From the NCBI GenBank assembly GCA_958296285.1, contig OY282459.1, positions 1,604,999 through 1,668,998 of the forward strand: DNA of 64,000 bases, given 5' to 3'. The DNA comes from an uncultured Alphaproteobacteria bacterium (lineage in GTDB: Bacteria > Pseudomonadota > Alphaproteobacteria > JAPOUT01 > G958296285). The stretch's first letter is position 1, and every line of letters starts with the position of its first letter. The position numbers and the translations under genes are program-made. The notes under the pieces were generated by a model. The model was given only the letters and a program-made list of their open reading frames with translations. It was not told where the DNA came from and did not search any database. Shown one piece after another: positions 9,893-20,094 of the stretch.

Positions 9893-10408
9893 CTAGCGTC
9901 TTTTCATTTTGACGAAGTTGAACTCATCAGAGTTGTTTTTTTGTTGGGGCGGCGTTTCGCGCTCTATTTCCGCGAAGAGGTTTGGGTCAATAGTTGGGAA
10001 GAAGGCGTCGCCTAGGGGTTTGGCGCGGATTTCGGTCAGATAGATTGATGAAGCTTGCTCCATGAAGGCGGCGTAGATTTCCGCGCCTCCGATGATCCAG
10101 ATTGCCTGTCCTTTTCGGAGAGCTTTTTCGGCGATTTGGGCTGCGCGGATCGGGTTTCGCGCGCGGAGAACTCCTATTGGGAGGGCGAGATTTTTCTGTC
10201 TTGAGATGACGATATTGGTTCGTTTTTGGAGGGGTTTTTTATTTTTAGCGAAGATGGCTTGCCAAGTTTTTCGTCCCATGATGACGGGCTGTCCGAGGGT
10301 GAGTTTTCGGAATCTTTTAAGATCGGCGGGGATTTTCCATGGGAGCTGGTTTTCATGTCCGATGACGCCATTTTGGGCGACTGCGGCGATGATGGCGATT
10401 TCTGCCAT
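9893..10408 (-). CDS. folA: Dihydrofolate reductase
   Basis: 171 aa; IAAVAQNGVIGHENQLPW ... PVIMGRKTW ... IWIIGGAEIY are classic DHFR motifs. Start codon overlaps the thyA stop. Confidence 0.9.
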   Translation of the reverse strand: MAEIAIIAAVAQNGVIGHENQLPWKIPADLKRFRKLTLGQPVIMGRKTWQAIFAKNKKPLQKRTNIVISRQKNLALPIGVLRARNPIRAAQIAEKALRKGQAIWIIGGAEIYAAFMEQASSIYLTEIRAKPLGDAFFPTIDPNLFAEIERETPPQQKNNSDEFNFVKMKRR

Positions 10409-11217
10409 CAGACGGCGACCGGCGCTTTGATATGGGGATGGGCTTCGTAATTTTGGATTGCGATATCGTCATATTGGAATTCCAAGAGGTCTTTGACCTT
10501 CTGATTGAGGACGAGTTTGGGGAGCGGCAGCGGCTCGCGCTGAAGTTGCTGTCGGGCTTGATGGAGATGGTTCAGATAGAGATGAACATCGCCGAAAGTA
10601 TGGATAAATTCTCCGGCCTTGAGTCCGGCGACATGGGCGATCATTTCTGTTAGGAGCGCGTAGGATGCGATATTGAACGGCACGCCGAGAAAGATGTCGG
10701 CCGATCGCTGATAGAGTTGGCATGAGAGACATCCGTCCGCGAGATAGAATTGGAAGAGGCAGTGGCATGGGGGGAGTTTCATTTTGTGGATTTCGGCGAC
10801 ATTCCATGCGCTGACGATGAGTCGCCGCGAATGAGGGCTATTATTAATGTCATGGAGCAGATTTTGGATTTGGTCTATTGTTCTGCCGTCATGGTTTCGC
10901 CAAGATCGCCATTGTTGCCCATAGACCGGCCCGAGTTCGCCATTTTCGTCTGCCCATTCGTCCCAGATTCGGACGCCTTCTTTTTGGAGTTTTTTGACAT
11001 TGGTTTCGCCTCGGAGGAACCAGAGAAGTTCATGGATGATGGATTTGGCGTGGAGTTTTTTTGTTGTGAGGAGCGGGAAACCCTCTTTCAGGTCAAAGCG
11101 CATTTGATATCCGAAGAGGCTTCTCACGCCTGTCCCTGTTCTATCGGGGCGATTTTTGCCGTTTTCCAGCGCCTCTTGGAGCAGTTTGAGATATTGCCGC
11201 ATGGCATGTTTCCTCAT
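10408..11217 (-). CDS. thyA: Thymidylate synthase
   Basis: 269 aa; [16 protein letters not shown] ... catalytic Cys region CHCLFQFY ... [16 protein letters not shown]. Confidence 0.92.
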   Translation of the reverse strand: MRKHAMRQYLKLLQEALENGKNRPDRTGTGVRSLFGYQMRFDLKEGFPLLTTKKLHAKSIIHELLWFLRGETNVKKLQKEGVRIWDEWADENGELGPVYGQQWRSWRNHDGRTIDQIQNLLHDINNSPHSRRLIVSAWNVAEIHKMKLPPCHCLFQFYLADGCLSCQLYQRSADIFLGVPFNIASYALLTEMIAHVAGLKAGEFIHTFGDVHLYLNHLHQARQQLQREPLPLPKLVLNQKVKDLLEFQYDDIAIQNYEAHPHIKAPVAV

Positions 11218-11304
11218 CCTCGCCGAATCGGGATTTTATCGCATTTTTTGTGATTTCAAAAAACATATTCTCGCTAGAGGAATTGGTCTATAATCGTCAT
11301 TGCC

Positions 11305-11680
11305 GGTCATTCGGCTATAGCGATAAACGCGCAAGCGATTACGTTTTGCGGACGCGGGGGCAGTACCCGCCGCCTCCACCATATCGCATCTTCTAGGAGT
11401 TTGCGATTTGACGGGGGCGAAACAGGATCGACGGGGACGGAAAGTTTGTGTCTTTCGCTCGGCATTGCACCGCCGTTATCGGGCTACGGCATAACTGCCA
11501 ACGACAACTATGCGGATGCTCGTCTCGCTGCGTAAGCGTTGAGGCTGCATCGCCTAGACATAATTGTCTGCAAGTCCTGAGTCATTCGCAAAGGTTCAGG
11601 CGGGGTTTGGCGGGCGCCCGGCAACAGAAGCCCGCCATTTTCGCGCCTTTTGGGGGTCGCGGGGGCGTTTCGCGGATTGG
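11305..11680 (+). ncRNA. ssrA: Permuted (two-piece) tmRNA: acceptor piece ending CGCCTCCACCA (~11371-11381), short intervening loop, then coding piece starting GGGGGCGAAACAGGATCGACGGGG (~11413) with tag ORF ANDNYADARLAA* (11497-11535)
   Basis: Tag reading frame GCC AAC GAC AAC TAT GCG GAT GCT CGT CTC GCT GCG TAA gives the alphaproteobacterial ANDNYAxARLAA tag. 5-prime GGGGGCG pairs with 3-prime CGCCUCC, giving the G3:U70 alanine identity pair, followed by ACCA. The UCGACGGGG 5-prime motif is conserved in tmRNAs. The 3-prime half lies upstream of the 5-prime half as in alphaproteobacterial permuted ssrA. A possible -10 TATAAT sits at ~11293. Exact ends are uncertain. Confidence 0.6.
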
Positions 11681-11689
11681 AAGAGGGCT

Positions 11690-12226
11690 ATGCGGTCATT
11701 AGGAAAGAGCGGGATAGACTATGCGGTTTTGATGCGGGGCGCGATTCTGGGATTGATTCGCGATCTTTTGTCTCGCGTGTCTGCGGATGGTTTGCCTGGT
11801 CGTCATCATTTTTACATATCCTTCGCGCCTGATTTTGACGGCGTTGAGATGTCGGCGTCTCTTCGCGCGCGCTCTTCTTCTGACGAGATGACGATTGTTT
11901 TGCAGCATCGTTTCGCGTCTTTGGAGGTTTCGGAGGATTGTTTTTCTGTGAGTTTGTGGTTTGGGGGCGTTTCGGAGCGTTTGACGGTTCCTTTTGAGTC
12001 GCTGACGGCATTCGCGGATCCGTCTGCCGGTTTCGCTTTGAGTTTGGGAGATTTTTCGCGCGCTTCGCGCGATGCGGGGAAAGATGAGGACGTCTCTTCC
12101 GAATCTTCGGGGTCTGAAAGCGAAAAGAGCGAAAAGAGCGAAAAGGGCGAAGGGGACGCGGCGGGCGCGGCGGATGGCGGGGGCGAAGTGATTTCGTTGG
12201 AGAGTTTTCGCAAGGAGAATTCTTGA
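11690..12226 (+). CDS. sspB: ClpXP adaptor SspB (alpha-type stringent starvation protein B)
   Basis: [18 protein letters not shown] ... [12 protein letters not shown] ... [15 protein letters not shown] ... matches alphaproteobacterial SspB. Start chosen at the internal ATG (RBS GAAGAGGG) because the upstream part of the 11564 ORF overlaps ssrA. C-terminal tail carries an (SEK)3 repeat. Confidence 0.75.
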   Translation: MRSLGKSGIDYAVLMRGAILGLIRDLLSRVSADGLPGRHHFYISFAPDFDGVEMSASLRARSSSDEMTIVLQHRFASLEVSEDCFSVSLWFGGVSERLTVPFESLTAFADPSAGFALSLGDFSRASRDAGKDEDVSSESSGSESEKSEKSEKGEGDAAGAADGGGEVISLESFRKENS

Positions 12227-13644
12227 TGTCTAAACAGAAGGGGGGGGCTTGGCGTTTGGAGCGTGATTCCTTGGGCGAGACGCGCGTTCCTTCGGATCGC
12301 TATTGGGGGGCGCAGACTCAGCGTTCATTGGAGAATTTTCGGATTGGGGGGGATCGGATGCCGTTGTCGGTTGTTCATGCTTTGGGCGTTGTGAAGATGG
12401 CTTCGGCGCGGGTTCATATGCGTCATGGGAAATTGTCGGCGGAGATTGGGGGGGCGATAGAGCGGGCGGCGGCGGAGGTGAGGGATGGTCTTTTGGACGA
12501 TCACTTTCCGCTTGTGGTTTGGCAGACCGGTTCGGGGACTCAGACCAATATGAACGTGAATGAGGTTATCGCGAATCGGGCGATAGAGTTTTTAGGTGGG
12601 ATATTGGGATCGCAAGCTCCTGTTCATCCGAATGATCATGTGAATTTGGGTCAGTCCTCCAACGACAGTTTTCCGACAGCGATGCATATTGCGGCTTCTG
12701 TTGAGATTTCGGAGCGTTTGATGCCGTCTCTTTCGGCGTTGGAGGATATTTTGGTTGAGAAGGCGCGGTCTTTTCGGGGGATAGTGAAGATTGGTCGCAC
12801 GCATATGCAGGATGCGACTCCCTTGACTTTGGAGCAGGAGTTTTCGGGCTATGCGGCTCAGATTGGCGGGGCGCGGCGGCGGATAGATTTGGCGTCTCGG
12901 AGTCTGCTGCCGTTGGCGCAGGGGGGGACGGCGGTTGGGACGGGTCTGAATTCCTATTCGGGTTTCGCGGAGGATTTCGCGGCGGAGGTGAGTCGGATCA
13001 CTGGTCTTCCCTTCACGAGCGCGCCGAACAAATTTGAGGCTTTGGGCTCGCATGACGCGATTGTGGAGGTTTCGGGGGCTTTGAATGTTTTGGCGGCGTC
13101 TCTTTTCAAGATTGCGAATGACATTCGTCTTTTGGGTTCAGGTCCTCGCTCTGGCTTGGGGGAGTTGTCGTTGCCTGCGAATGAGCCTGGGTCGTCCATC
13201 ATGCCGGGGAAGGTGAATCCGACTCAATGCGAGGCTTTGACGATGGTGGCGGTTCAGATGATGGGGAATCATTTCGCGGTGACTGTGGCGGGGAGTCAGG
13301 GACATTTGGAGTTGAACGTCTTCAAGCCTGTTTTGATTGACAATTTGCTGCGCTCGGTTGTTTTGGCGGGGGATGGCTGTCAGAGTTTCGCGGAGCGGTG
13401 CGTATCGGGATTGGAGGCGAACAGAGATCGGATTGGTTCGCTGGTGGAAGCTTCTCTGATGCTGGTGACGGCGTTGGCGCCGCATATTGGCTATGACAAG
13501 GCGGCGAAGATTGCGAAGACGGCGCATGAGCGCGGGACGAGTTTGCGTGAGGAGGCTGCGCGTTTGGGTTTTGTGTCTGCCGAGGATTTTGATCGCTTCG
13601 TGCGCCCTGAGAGGATGACGTCTCCGAGCGATGAGAAGGGTTGA
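12223..13644 (+). CDS. fumC: Fumarate hydratase class II
   Basis: 473 aa; [18 protein letters not shown] and [16 protein letters not shown] (SS-loop signature) are aspartase/fumarase family motifs. ATGA overlap with sspB. Confidence 0.95.
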   Translation: MMSKQKGGAWRLERDSLGETRVPSDRYWGAQTQRSLENFRIGGDRMPLSVVHALGVVKMASARVHMRHGKLSAEIGGAIERAAAEVRDGLLDDHFPLVVWQTGSGTQTNMNVNEVIANRAIEFLGGILGSQAPVHPNDHVNLGQSSNDSFPTAMHIAASVEISERLMPSLSALEDILVEKARSFRGIVKIGRTHMQDATPLTLEQEFSGYAAQIGGARRRIDLASRSLLPLAQGGTAVGTGLNSYSGFAEDFAAEVSRITGLPFTSAPNKFEALGSHDAIVEVSGALNVLAASLFKIANDIRLLGSGPRSGLGELSLPANEPGSSIMPGKVNPTQCEALTMVAVQMMGNHFAVTVAGSQGHLELNVFKPVLIDNLLRSVVLAGDGCQSFAERCVSGLEANRDRIGSLVEASLMLVTALAPHIGYDKAAKIAKTAHERGTSLREEAARLGFVSAEDFDRFVRPERMTSPSDEKG

Positions 13645-13663
13645 TGCGTTTTCTTTTTGGCTT

Positions 13664-16600
13664 TTATTTCGGGGTTGCGGGGGCAGGTGAGGGCTTGGCG
13701 GCAGGCGGGGACGAGGTTGCGGGGGCAGGCGAGGTCGCGGGGGCGGGGTTGGCGGCGGGCGTGGGATTTTTTTCTGGTTTCAAGCCTAGATAATCGGCGA
13801 GTTCGGGGGAGATTTCTCCGCCTTCGGAGAGAGTTTTGGCGCTTTTTTCTAAGATTTTCGCGATGAAACTTTGCTCAAAGTTTTTTGTGATTTCGCGTCT
13901 TTTTGGCTTGGCGAGACTTCCTGCGAGGAGGATTTTGAAATCGGCGAGGGTGGGGTCTTGAGGCGGGGCGAATCGGAGTTCGGCGTCTAGGGCGAGTCTT
14001 GGGAGATTGACATGGAGATCGGCGCGCCCCTGCACGTCTTTGGCGCGAAGCGGGAGGCGCATGAGGGAGACGGTTCCGTTTTTGACGGCGATATTTCCTT
14101 TTGGGGATCCGATGGGGGTTTCGCCTTTGGAGAAGGCGAGTTTGAGCAATTTTTTCAGTTGGGAGACTGTTTGGATTTCCCCGATCGCCTGATTGACGAG
14201 CGCCGCGTTGAAATGGCGCAAGACGGCTTGGCGGAGATGGATATGTCCTGATCCTTTCATGGATGAAGCGAGGGCGAGGGGCGTTTGTCCTTCGGCTTCC
14301 ACGGCGCCCGACATATCGGCGCCGCCTTTGATATAGGGGTCTCCCCAGAGCATTTTGGAGATGTCTTCCATTCGGGCGTTTGTGATGGAGAAGTCGGCGC
14401 GGAGTTTCGGGGTTTCGTCATGGGAGAGCGCGAGGGATCCGCGGAGCGCGCCTTTGGCGATTTGGGCGCGGAGGTCGTCCACGGCGATTCTTTCTTGAGA
14501 GAGGAGGATTCGGAGTTGGAGATTTTGGAGCGCAAGGTCGCTTCCGCGGGCTTCTTTGGCGGCGAGCGAGATTGTTCCGGAGATTCGGCGCAGATTTTTG
14601 AGAGGCGAAGGGTTTGCCGACCATTCGACGCGATGATTGCTCCAGAAGAGTTTAAGCGGGAGTTTTTTGGCGGTGAGTTTTGCTTGGAGTTTGTCCTTTT
14701 GGTCGCCCTGTTCATAAGAGCCGTTTCCGGCGAGGTCGCCTTGATCGGCGGTGAGGCGCATATTTTTCCATGCGAGTCGGCTGCCCTGTTTTTCTATTTG
14801 GGCGTTGAGGGCGAAGGGGAGATTTTTGAGATGTCCGAATTCGCCGAATCCTGCGGCGGCAATAAGGGAAGCGAGGGATCGGCTTTGGATTTCCGCCTTG
14901 CCTTGCAGGAAATCGGGCGCGGCATTTTTCCAGACGGCGTCTCCTGAGAAAGAGTAGTTGTCGTTTCCGATATTCAATTTGGCGGAGAGTTTTAACGGCT
15001 TGTCTGTCGCGCCTTGGAGGGAGACGGCGATTTTCGCCGCGCCTTTGGCGGTCAGTTTTTCGGAGAATCCCATTTGTTGGAGGAGGATTTGGCTTTCGCT
15101 GTTTTCGGCATGGAGATTGAGATTGATGGATCTGGGCGAGTCTTGATGCGATGGCGAGAAGGGGGCGGGGGCGATATTGGCTTCGGCGTGGATTTGGGAT
15201 TTTTGCGCGGCGGCGTGGATTTTTATCGCGGCGGCATCCTTGAGGTCTCCGCCTGTGATGATTTCGGCGCGGAGGTTGAGATTCTCAAGCGCGCGGATTT
15301 GCTTTTCGGTGAGGATCGCCGCCGCGCCGATCAGTTTGACGAGAGGCATGGGCTTTGGGAGTTTGGCGTCCATGGCGAGCGAGATTGCCGGCGCTTTATC
15401 GCCGAGCGCGATTGTTCCGGCGAGGCTTATCGTTCCGTTGTCGGCGGTCTGCAGGGCGATCTTTTCCAGATGCAGCTTGTCGTCCGCGCGGAGGATGATG
15501 TCGGCATTAGGGAAGATTTCTTGTTGGAATCGGATGTCTTTGGCGGCGATTTGAGCTTGGATTCGCCGCGCGGTCATTTGCTGTCGGAAACTTTCCTTTT
15601 GGACGATCTTGGGGATGGCTTGGATCAGGCTCTGCCATTCGTCAAGACGGAGATCGCTGAGTTTGACGTCAAGCGCGATATTCGGGGGCAGATTGTTCTG
15701 TGGCGCGTAGAGGATTTTTCCTGCGAGGGCGGTTTTTCCGAACGAGGCTTCTATTTTTTCCAGAGCGATTTTCCGCTGATGGATTTGGAGATCCGCGGAA
15801 AATTCCATTTTTCCTAGAGTCGCGGCGGAGATTTTTTTCAGAGGCTTATAGAGAGCGGCGTTTTCTCCGAGGATCCAGAGCAGGAGCGTTTTGGGGGCGG
15901 CGGCGTTGAGCGCGATTGTTCCTTGAAATTTGGGGTTATCGGCTTTTTGTTGGAGGTTGAGCTGGATGTCGGCTTGTCCTGGGAGTTTCGTTGTGAGTTC
16001 CAATGTTGTGGTTTCGCCTTTTTGGACTGTCTGACGGAAGGCGAGATCGCGGAGAATTTTCCCGTCATGGATGAGGCTTTCCAGCGAGGCATGGATTTTG
16101 AATGGCATATTGCGGGGCATTTTTTCGGCGATTCTTTGGACGAGTTGGCTTATTCGGATGAATCGGTCTGTCAGTTCGGCGAGTCCTTTCTGTCCTTTTC
16201 CGAAGATGTGGTCGGCGTCCATATTTTTGCCTTTGAGTTTGAGGTTGAATCCGTCCTCGTCATTTTGGAGATTGGTTTCGGCGCTGCCCTTGAGGCGGGT
16301 TTCGCCGAGGGCGATTTGGATGTCTCGCATAGAGAGTCTGTCGGCGTTGATAGTCAAGCCTGCTTCTATTCGGACGGGGGCGTCTTGGGTTTTTTGGGTT
16401 TTTCCGTTTTTTTCGGTTTTTTCGAGGGTCTTTGAGGCTTCCCCGAAGAGCCATTGGCTGGATTGGGTTTGGAAGATGAGGACTCCGTCTATTCCTCTAG
16501 CGCCTGCGTCTTCGGTGAGGATTCCTGAGAAGATGGTGTGGAGTCCGTTTTCCTTTCCTCGGAGTTCCACGTCGAGCGGGACGGCTTTATTGGCGGAGAA

Positions 16601-17236
16601 TCGTCCCGACGAAGCTCGTCCCTGATAGGTGATATTGTGATAGGCGAAGGATCCTTCGGCTTTGAAAGGCCCGACGAGAGAGTTGGCGCGCATAGAGATT
16701 TGGGCGTTTCGGAAGGCGTTCACCCATCCTCGCTTATGGTCAATATATCGGATCGCGCCCTTTTCTATAGAGACGCTGTCCAATCGGACATTATCCAGCA
16801 GGCCGGGGTCGCCTTTTTCGGAGACTTTCTGTTGGAGGGATCGGATAAAGTTGAAGTTGTCGCTGCCATTGGCGAAGCGCTCCAGCGTGAGGACGGGCTT
16901 GATCATATTGAGATGGGTAAATCGGAGGTCTCCGCTCATCAAGGATACGATATCTATGCGGGCTTCCAGCGATTTGGCTTGGAAGAGCGGCCCGCTTTGG
17001 GATTCGGGGCTGTTGGCGAGGGTGATATTTTGGAGGGCGAGTGATGGGGCGGGGAACAGTTTCAATCCGATATTTCCGCCTATAGCGATTTCGCGCTCTA
17101 GGATTTTTCCGAGTTGTTTTTCTATTTCGGGTCGGAATCGGTTCCAATCCACGAAGTTTGGGGCGATGAGGATGGCGGCGATCGCGACAATTGCGAGGGC
17201 TAAGAGGGATGAGAAGAGGATTCGGATTCTACGCAT
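13664..17236 (-). CDS. AsmA-family outer-membrane biogenesis protein (large, 1190 aa)
   Basis: N-terminal TM anchor MRRIRILFSSLLALAIVAIAAILIAP followed by the AsmA-like NFVDWNRFRPEIEKQLGKILEREIAIGGNIGL region. Long beta-rich body. Low-complexity P/A/T-rich C-terminus. Confidence 0.8.
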   Translation of the reverse strand: MRRIRILFSSLLALAIVAIAAILIAPNFVDWNRFRPEIEKQLGKILEREIAIGGNIGLKLFPAPSLALQNITLANSPESQSGPLFQAKSLEARIDIVSLMSGDLRFTHLNMIKPVLTLERFANGSDNFNFIRSLQQKVSEKGDPGLLDNVRLDSVSIEKGAIRYIDHKRGWVNAFRNAQISMRANSLVGPFKAEGSFAYHNITYQGRASSGRFSANKAVPLDVELRGKENGLHTIFSGILTEDAGARGIDGVLIFQTQSSQWLFGEASKTLEKTEKNGKTQKTQDAPVRIEAGLTINADRLSMRDIQIALGETRLKGSAETNLQNDEDGFNLKLKGKNMDADHIFGKGQKGLAELTDRFIRISQLVQRIAEKMPRNMPFKIHASLESLIHDGKILRDLAFRQTVQKGETTTLELTTKLPGQADIQLNLQQKADNPKFQGTIALNAAAPKTLLLWILGENAALYKPLKKISAATLGKMEFSADLQIHQRKIALEKIEASFGKTALAGKILYAPQNNLPPNIALDVKLSDLRLDEWQSLIQAIPKIVQKESFRQQMTARRIQAQIAAKDIRFQQEIFPNADIILRADDKLHLEKIALQTADNGTISLAGTIALGDKAPAISLAMDAKLPKPMPLVKLIGAAAILTEKQIRALENLNLRAEIITGGDLKDAAAIKIHAAAQKSQIHAEANIAPAPFSPSHQDSPRSINLNLHAENSESQILLQQMGFSEKLTAKGAAKIAVSLQGATDKPLKLSAKLNIGNDNYSFSGDAVWKNAAPDFLQGKAEIQSRSLASLIAAAGFGEFGHLKNLPFALNAQIEKQGSRLAWKNMRLTADQGDLAGNGSYEQGDQKDKLQAKLTAKKLPLKLFWSNHRVEWSANPSPLKNLRRISGTISLAAKEARGSDLALQNLQLRILLSQERIAVDDLRAQIAKGALRGSLALSHDETPKLRADFSITNARMEDISKMLWGDPYIKGGADMSGAVEAEGQTPLALASSMKGSGHIHLRQAVLRHFNAALVNQAIGEIQTVSQLKKLLKLAFSKGETPIGSPKGNIAVKNGTVSLMRLPLRAKDVQGRADLHVNLPRLALDAELRFAPPQDPTLADFKILLAGSLAKPKRREITKNFEQSFIAKILEKSAKTLSEGGEISPELADYLGLKPEKNPTPAANPAPATSPAPATSSPPAAKPSPAPATPK

Positions 17237-17280
17237 TATTTTTTCCGTTAGGGTTTCGCGCCTATTGTCTTCGGCTATTT

Positions 17281-18663
17281 TTAGGATGTTCGGCGCAGAT
17301 TTTCTGCGGCTTGGGCTTCGTTTTTCTGATAGTCCCTGAGCGCGGCGAGGATTCCCATTTTGGCGTCAGGGAGTTTTCCGTCTCCCATTCTGAGGAGTTG
17401 GAGGCAGAACCATCCTTGTTTTCCCCAACCGTTGATGGCTCTGACGAGTCGGATGGGGCTGTTCGCGCCGAGGATCGGGGTTGGTCCGAGTCGGAGGGTG
17501 TTTTCATATTGAGGGACGGCGGTTTGATAGACTCCGTTCATCAGATTTCTGGCGGCATAGGGATCCACGCAGAAGGGTCTGGCGAGTCCGGCGACATCCA
17601 CGACGGCGGATTTGATGGCTTCTTCCAAGCCCTGCCGCGATCGGAATCCGCCCGTGACCATGAGAGGCATGGAGACGGCTTCTCGGATATTGACGGCGTA
17701 TTTCATAAAATAGGCTTCTCGGGCGATGGTGCTGGGCTGAATGCGTTCATTGTCTTTTGGTCTCCACTTTTTGAGATTCTCCAGACGCATCATAGCGGGG
17801 GCTTCGTAGTTTCCGCCAGAGATTTCAAGGAGGTCAATGCCTTCGCTCTGCAGCCATTTGGCGACTTGGATGGCTTCTTGGTGCTGAAAGCCGCTTTTTT
17901 GGAAGTCGGCGGAGTTGAGTTTGACGGAGATTGGGAAGTCCCGCGCGGTGATTTTTCGGACGGCGCGGACGATTTCCAACAGGAGTCTTGCCCTATTTTG
18001 GAGGGATCCGCCCCATTCGTCGTTTCTGCGATTGACATGGGGCGAGAGGAATTCGCTGATGAGATATCCGTGGGCGGCGTGGATTTGGACTCCTGTGAAT
18101 CCTGTTTCGCGGGCGGTTTTGGCGGCGAAGGCGAAGCGCTGGATGATGGCGAGGATTTCGTCATGGACGAGAGCTTTGGGTTCTCCGAAGACGGCGCCCG
18201 GCATGCGGAGTTTGATTCCTGACGGGGCTTTGGGCTGTGGATTGACGGATTTGGGGGTTTGGCGTCCTGCGTGGCTGATTTGCATCCAGAGATGGGCGCC
18301 ATTTTTGGTTCCCGCCTTGGCGTAGTTTTTGAGGGCTTGGATGGCTTCGTCTTTTTGGCGTCCGTCTATGGCGACATTTCCTGGTCTTTCCAAATGGGCG
18401 CGATCCACTTGGACATTTCCGGTGATGAGGAGTCCCGCGCCGCCTCGGCTCCAGAAATCGTAGAGATTGACGTGGCGTTTTGTGGCGTGATTATCCGGGC
18501 TGGCGAGTCCTTCGGTCATAGCAGCTTTGGCGAAGCGGTTTGGGAGGACTGCGCCGCAAGGGAGTTTGAGGGCGTAGGTAAGGATATCTTCGGAGGACGC
18601 GCCTTTTCCGGAGACGGCGATTCCTGCGCTCTGATCCTTGTGTTGCAGGGCGGTGTGGGTCAT
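17281..18663 (-). CDS. NADH:flavin oxidoreductase, Old Yellow Enzyme / NemA family
   Basis: LPNRFAKAAMTEG ... GAGLLITGNVQVD ... HAAHGYLISEFLSP ... NRRNDEWGGSLQNRARLLLEIV are OYE TIM-barrel motifs. Start placed at the internal ATG (18663) because the conserved N-terminus begins there. Confidence 0.8.
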   Translation of the reverse strand: MTHTALQHKDQSAGIAVSGKGASSEDILTYALKLPCGAVLPNRFAKAAMTEGLASPDNHATKRHVNLYDFWSRGGAGLLITGNVQVDRAHLERPGNVAIDGRQKDEAIQALKNYAKAGTKNGAHLWMQISHAGRQTPKSVNPQPKAPSGIKLRMPGAVFGEPKALVHDEILAIIQRFAFAAKTARETGFTGVQIHAAHGYLISEFLSPHVNRRNDEWGGSLQNRARLLLEIVRAVRKITARDFPISVKLNSADFQKSGFQHQEAIQVAKWLQSEGIDLLEISGGNYEAPAMMRLENLKKWRPKDNERIQPSTIAREAYFMKYAVNIREAVSMPLMVTGGFRSRQGLEEAIKSAVVDVAGLARPFCVDPYAARNLMNGVYQTAVPQYENTLRLGPTPILGANSPIRLVRAINGWGKQGWFCLQLLRMGDGKLPDAKMGILAALRDYQKNEAQAAENLRRTS

Positions 18664-18815
18664 GTGTTTTATTGCGTTCCCCTCTTTGGTCTCGCGGATT
18701 TTTTTCGCGCTAGAAAAAGATTCGGATTTGTGCGATAGGATAGGAAATCTTTGATGAGGCGACAAGCGCTGCGGCGCGCGTCTCGGGCAATTTAGGACAT
18801 GGTTTTTTCGGGGAT

Positions 18816-20081
18816 ATGGTTTCGGACATGGATTTTGCGAGTTCTGGTCTTAGCGAGGCCTTGTTGCGCGCGATAGAGGATGCGGGCTACCGCGATCCGA
18901 CTCCCATTCAAGCTCGGGCGATTCCGATGGTTTTGCAGGGTCGGGACGTATTGGGCTTGGCGCAGACAGGGACGGGCAAGACGGCGTCCTTCACTCTTCC
19001 GATGATTGAGATGCTTTCGCATGGCGTTGCGAAGGCTCGGATGCCTCGTTCATTAATATTGGAGCCGACTCGGGAGTTGGCGGCGCAGTTGGCGGATCAG
19101 TTTCGGATTTATGGGAAGAATCATCGTTTGAAGGTTGCGCTGTTGATAGGGGGGGTGTCTTTTGAGGAGCAGAATCGGATTGTGGAGAAGGGGGCGGATG
19201 TTTTGGTGGCGACTCCGGGTCGCTTATTGGATCATTTGGAGCGGGGTCGTGTTTTGCTGAACGGGGTTCGGATTTTGATTATAGACGAGGCGGATCGGAT
19301 GTTGGATATGGGTTTCATACCTGACATAGAGCGGATTGTTCAGCGTATTCCTTCGTCTCGTCAGACTCTTTTATTTTCGGCGACGATGCCGCGGGCGATT
19401 GAATCCTTGGCGGATCGTTTCATGCGGGATCCTGTTCGGATTGAGGTTTCGCCTCGGGCGAGCGCGGCGGGGACGGTTTCGCAGCATTTGATATGGGTGA
19501 AGGAGGATTTGAAGATTCGGGTTTTGGAATCTCTTTTGCGGAGCGAGCCTATTCGGACGGCGCTTGTTTTTTGCAATCGCAAGCGCGATGTTTCCCTTTT
19601 GGAGAGGCGCTTGGCGAAGTCTCGCTTCAGCGTTGGGGCGCTTCACGGGGACATGGATCAGCATTCGCGGATGCGGACATTGGATTCTTTTCGTGAGGGC
19701 GGGATTCAGGTTCTTGTGGCGAGCAATGTGGCGGCGCGAGGTTTAGACATGATGGCGGTGAGTCATGTTGTGATTTATGATGTTCCGCCTCATTCGGAGG
19801 ATTATGTTCATCGGATTGGTCGGACGGGTCGCGCTGGCGAGGAGGGTTTTTCTTTCATGCTGGCATGTTATGAGGATGTGGATCACGTTCGGTCGATTGA
19901 GGGTCTTATTCGGGCGGCGATTCCTCTGCACGAGAAGAGCATGAAGCCGCCTTCGCCTGGTTCGGAGGCTTGGATGTTTCGGAAGAAAGAGAGCGATTCG
20001 TCTCGCAAGAAAGGCGGACGCCGCCGCTCATCGCGTCGGGGTTCTGATCGTCGGCGCGCTGGCGTTTCTGGCGGGGGTTAG
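18816..20081 (+). CDS. rhlE: ATP-dependent DEAD-box RNA helicase with RS/RG-rich C-terminal tail
   Basis: Q-motif PTPIQ, motif I AQTGTGKTASF, DEAD (IIDEADRM), SAT, HRIGRTGRAG, then a basic RRSSRRGSDRRR tail. Confidence 0.9.
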   Translation: MVSDMDFASSGLSEALLRAIEDAGYRDPTPIQARAIPMVLQGRDVLGLAQTGTGKTASFTLPMIEMLSHGVAKARMPRSLILEPTRELAAQLADQFRIYGKNHRLKVALLIGGVSFEEQNRIVEKGADVLVATPGRLLDHLERGRVLLNGVRILIIDEADRMLDMGFIPDIERIVQRIPSSRQTLLFSATMPRAIESLADRFMRDPVRIEVSPRASAAGTVSQHLIWVKEDLKIRVLESLLRSEPIRTALVFCNRKRDVSLLERRLAKSRFSVGALHGDMDQHSRMRTLDSFREGGIQVLVASNVAARGLDMMAVSHVVIYDVPPHSEDYVHRIGRTGRAGEEGFSFMLACYEDVDHVRSIEGLIRAAIPLHEKSMKPPSPGSEAWMFRKKESDSSRKKGGRRRSSRRGSDRRRAGVSGGG

Positions 20082-20094
20082 GGTCGCGCGGCGT

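Noticed and set aside
11448-11702. Tracked ORFs 11448-11702, 11650-11832, and the first 42 codons of 11564-12226
   Set aside because: They overlap the tmRNA (ssrA) coding piece. Their translations (CTAVIGLRHNCQRQLCGCSSRC...) are RNA-gene read-through. sspB was started at the ATG at 11690 instead.
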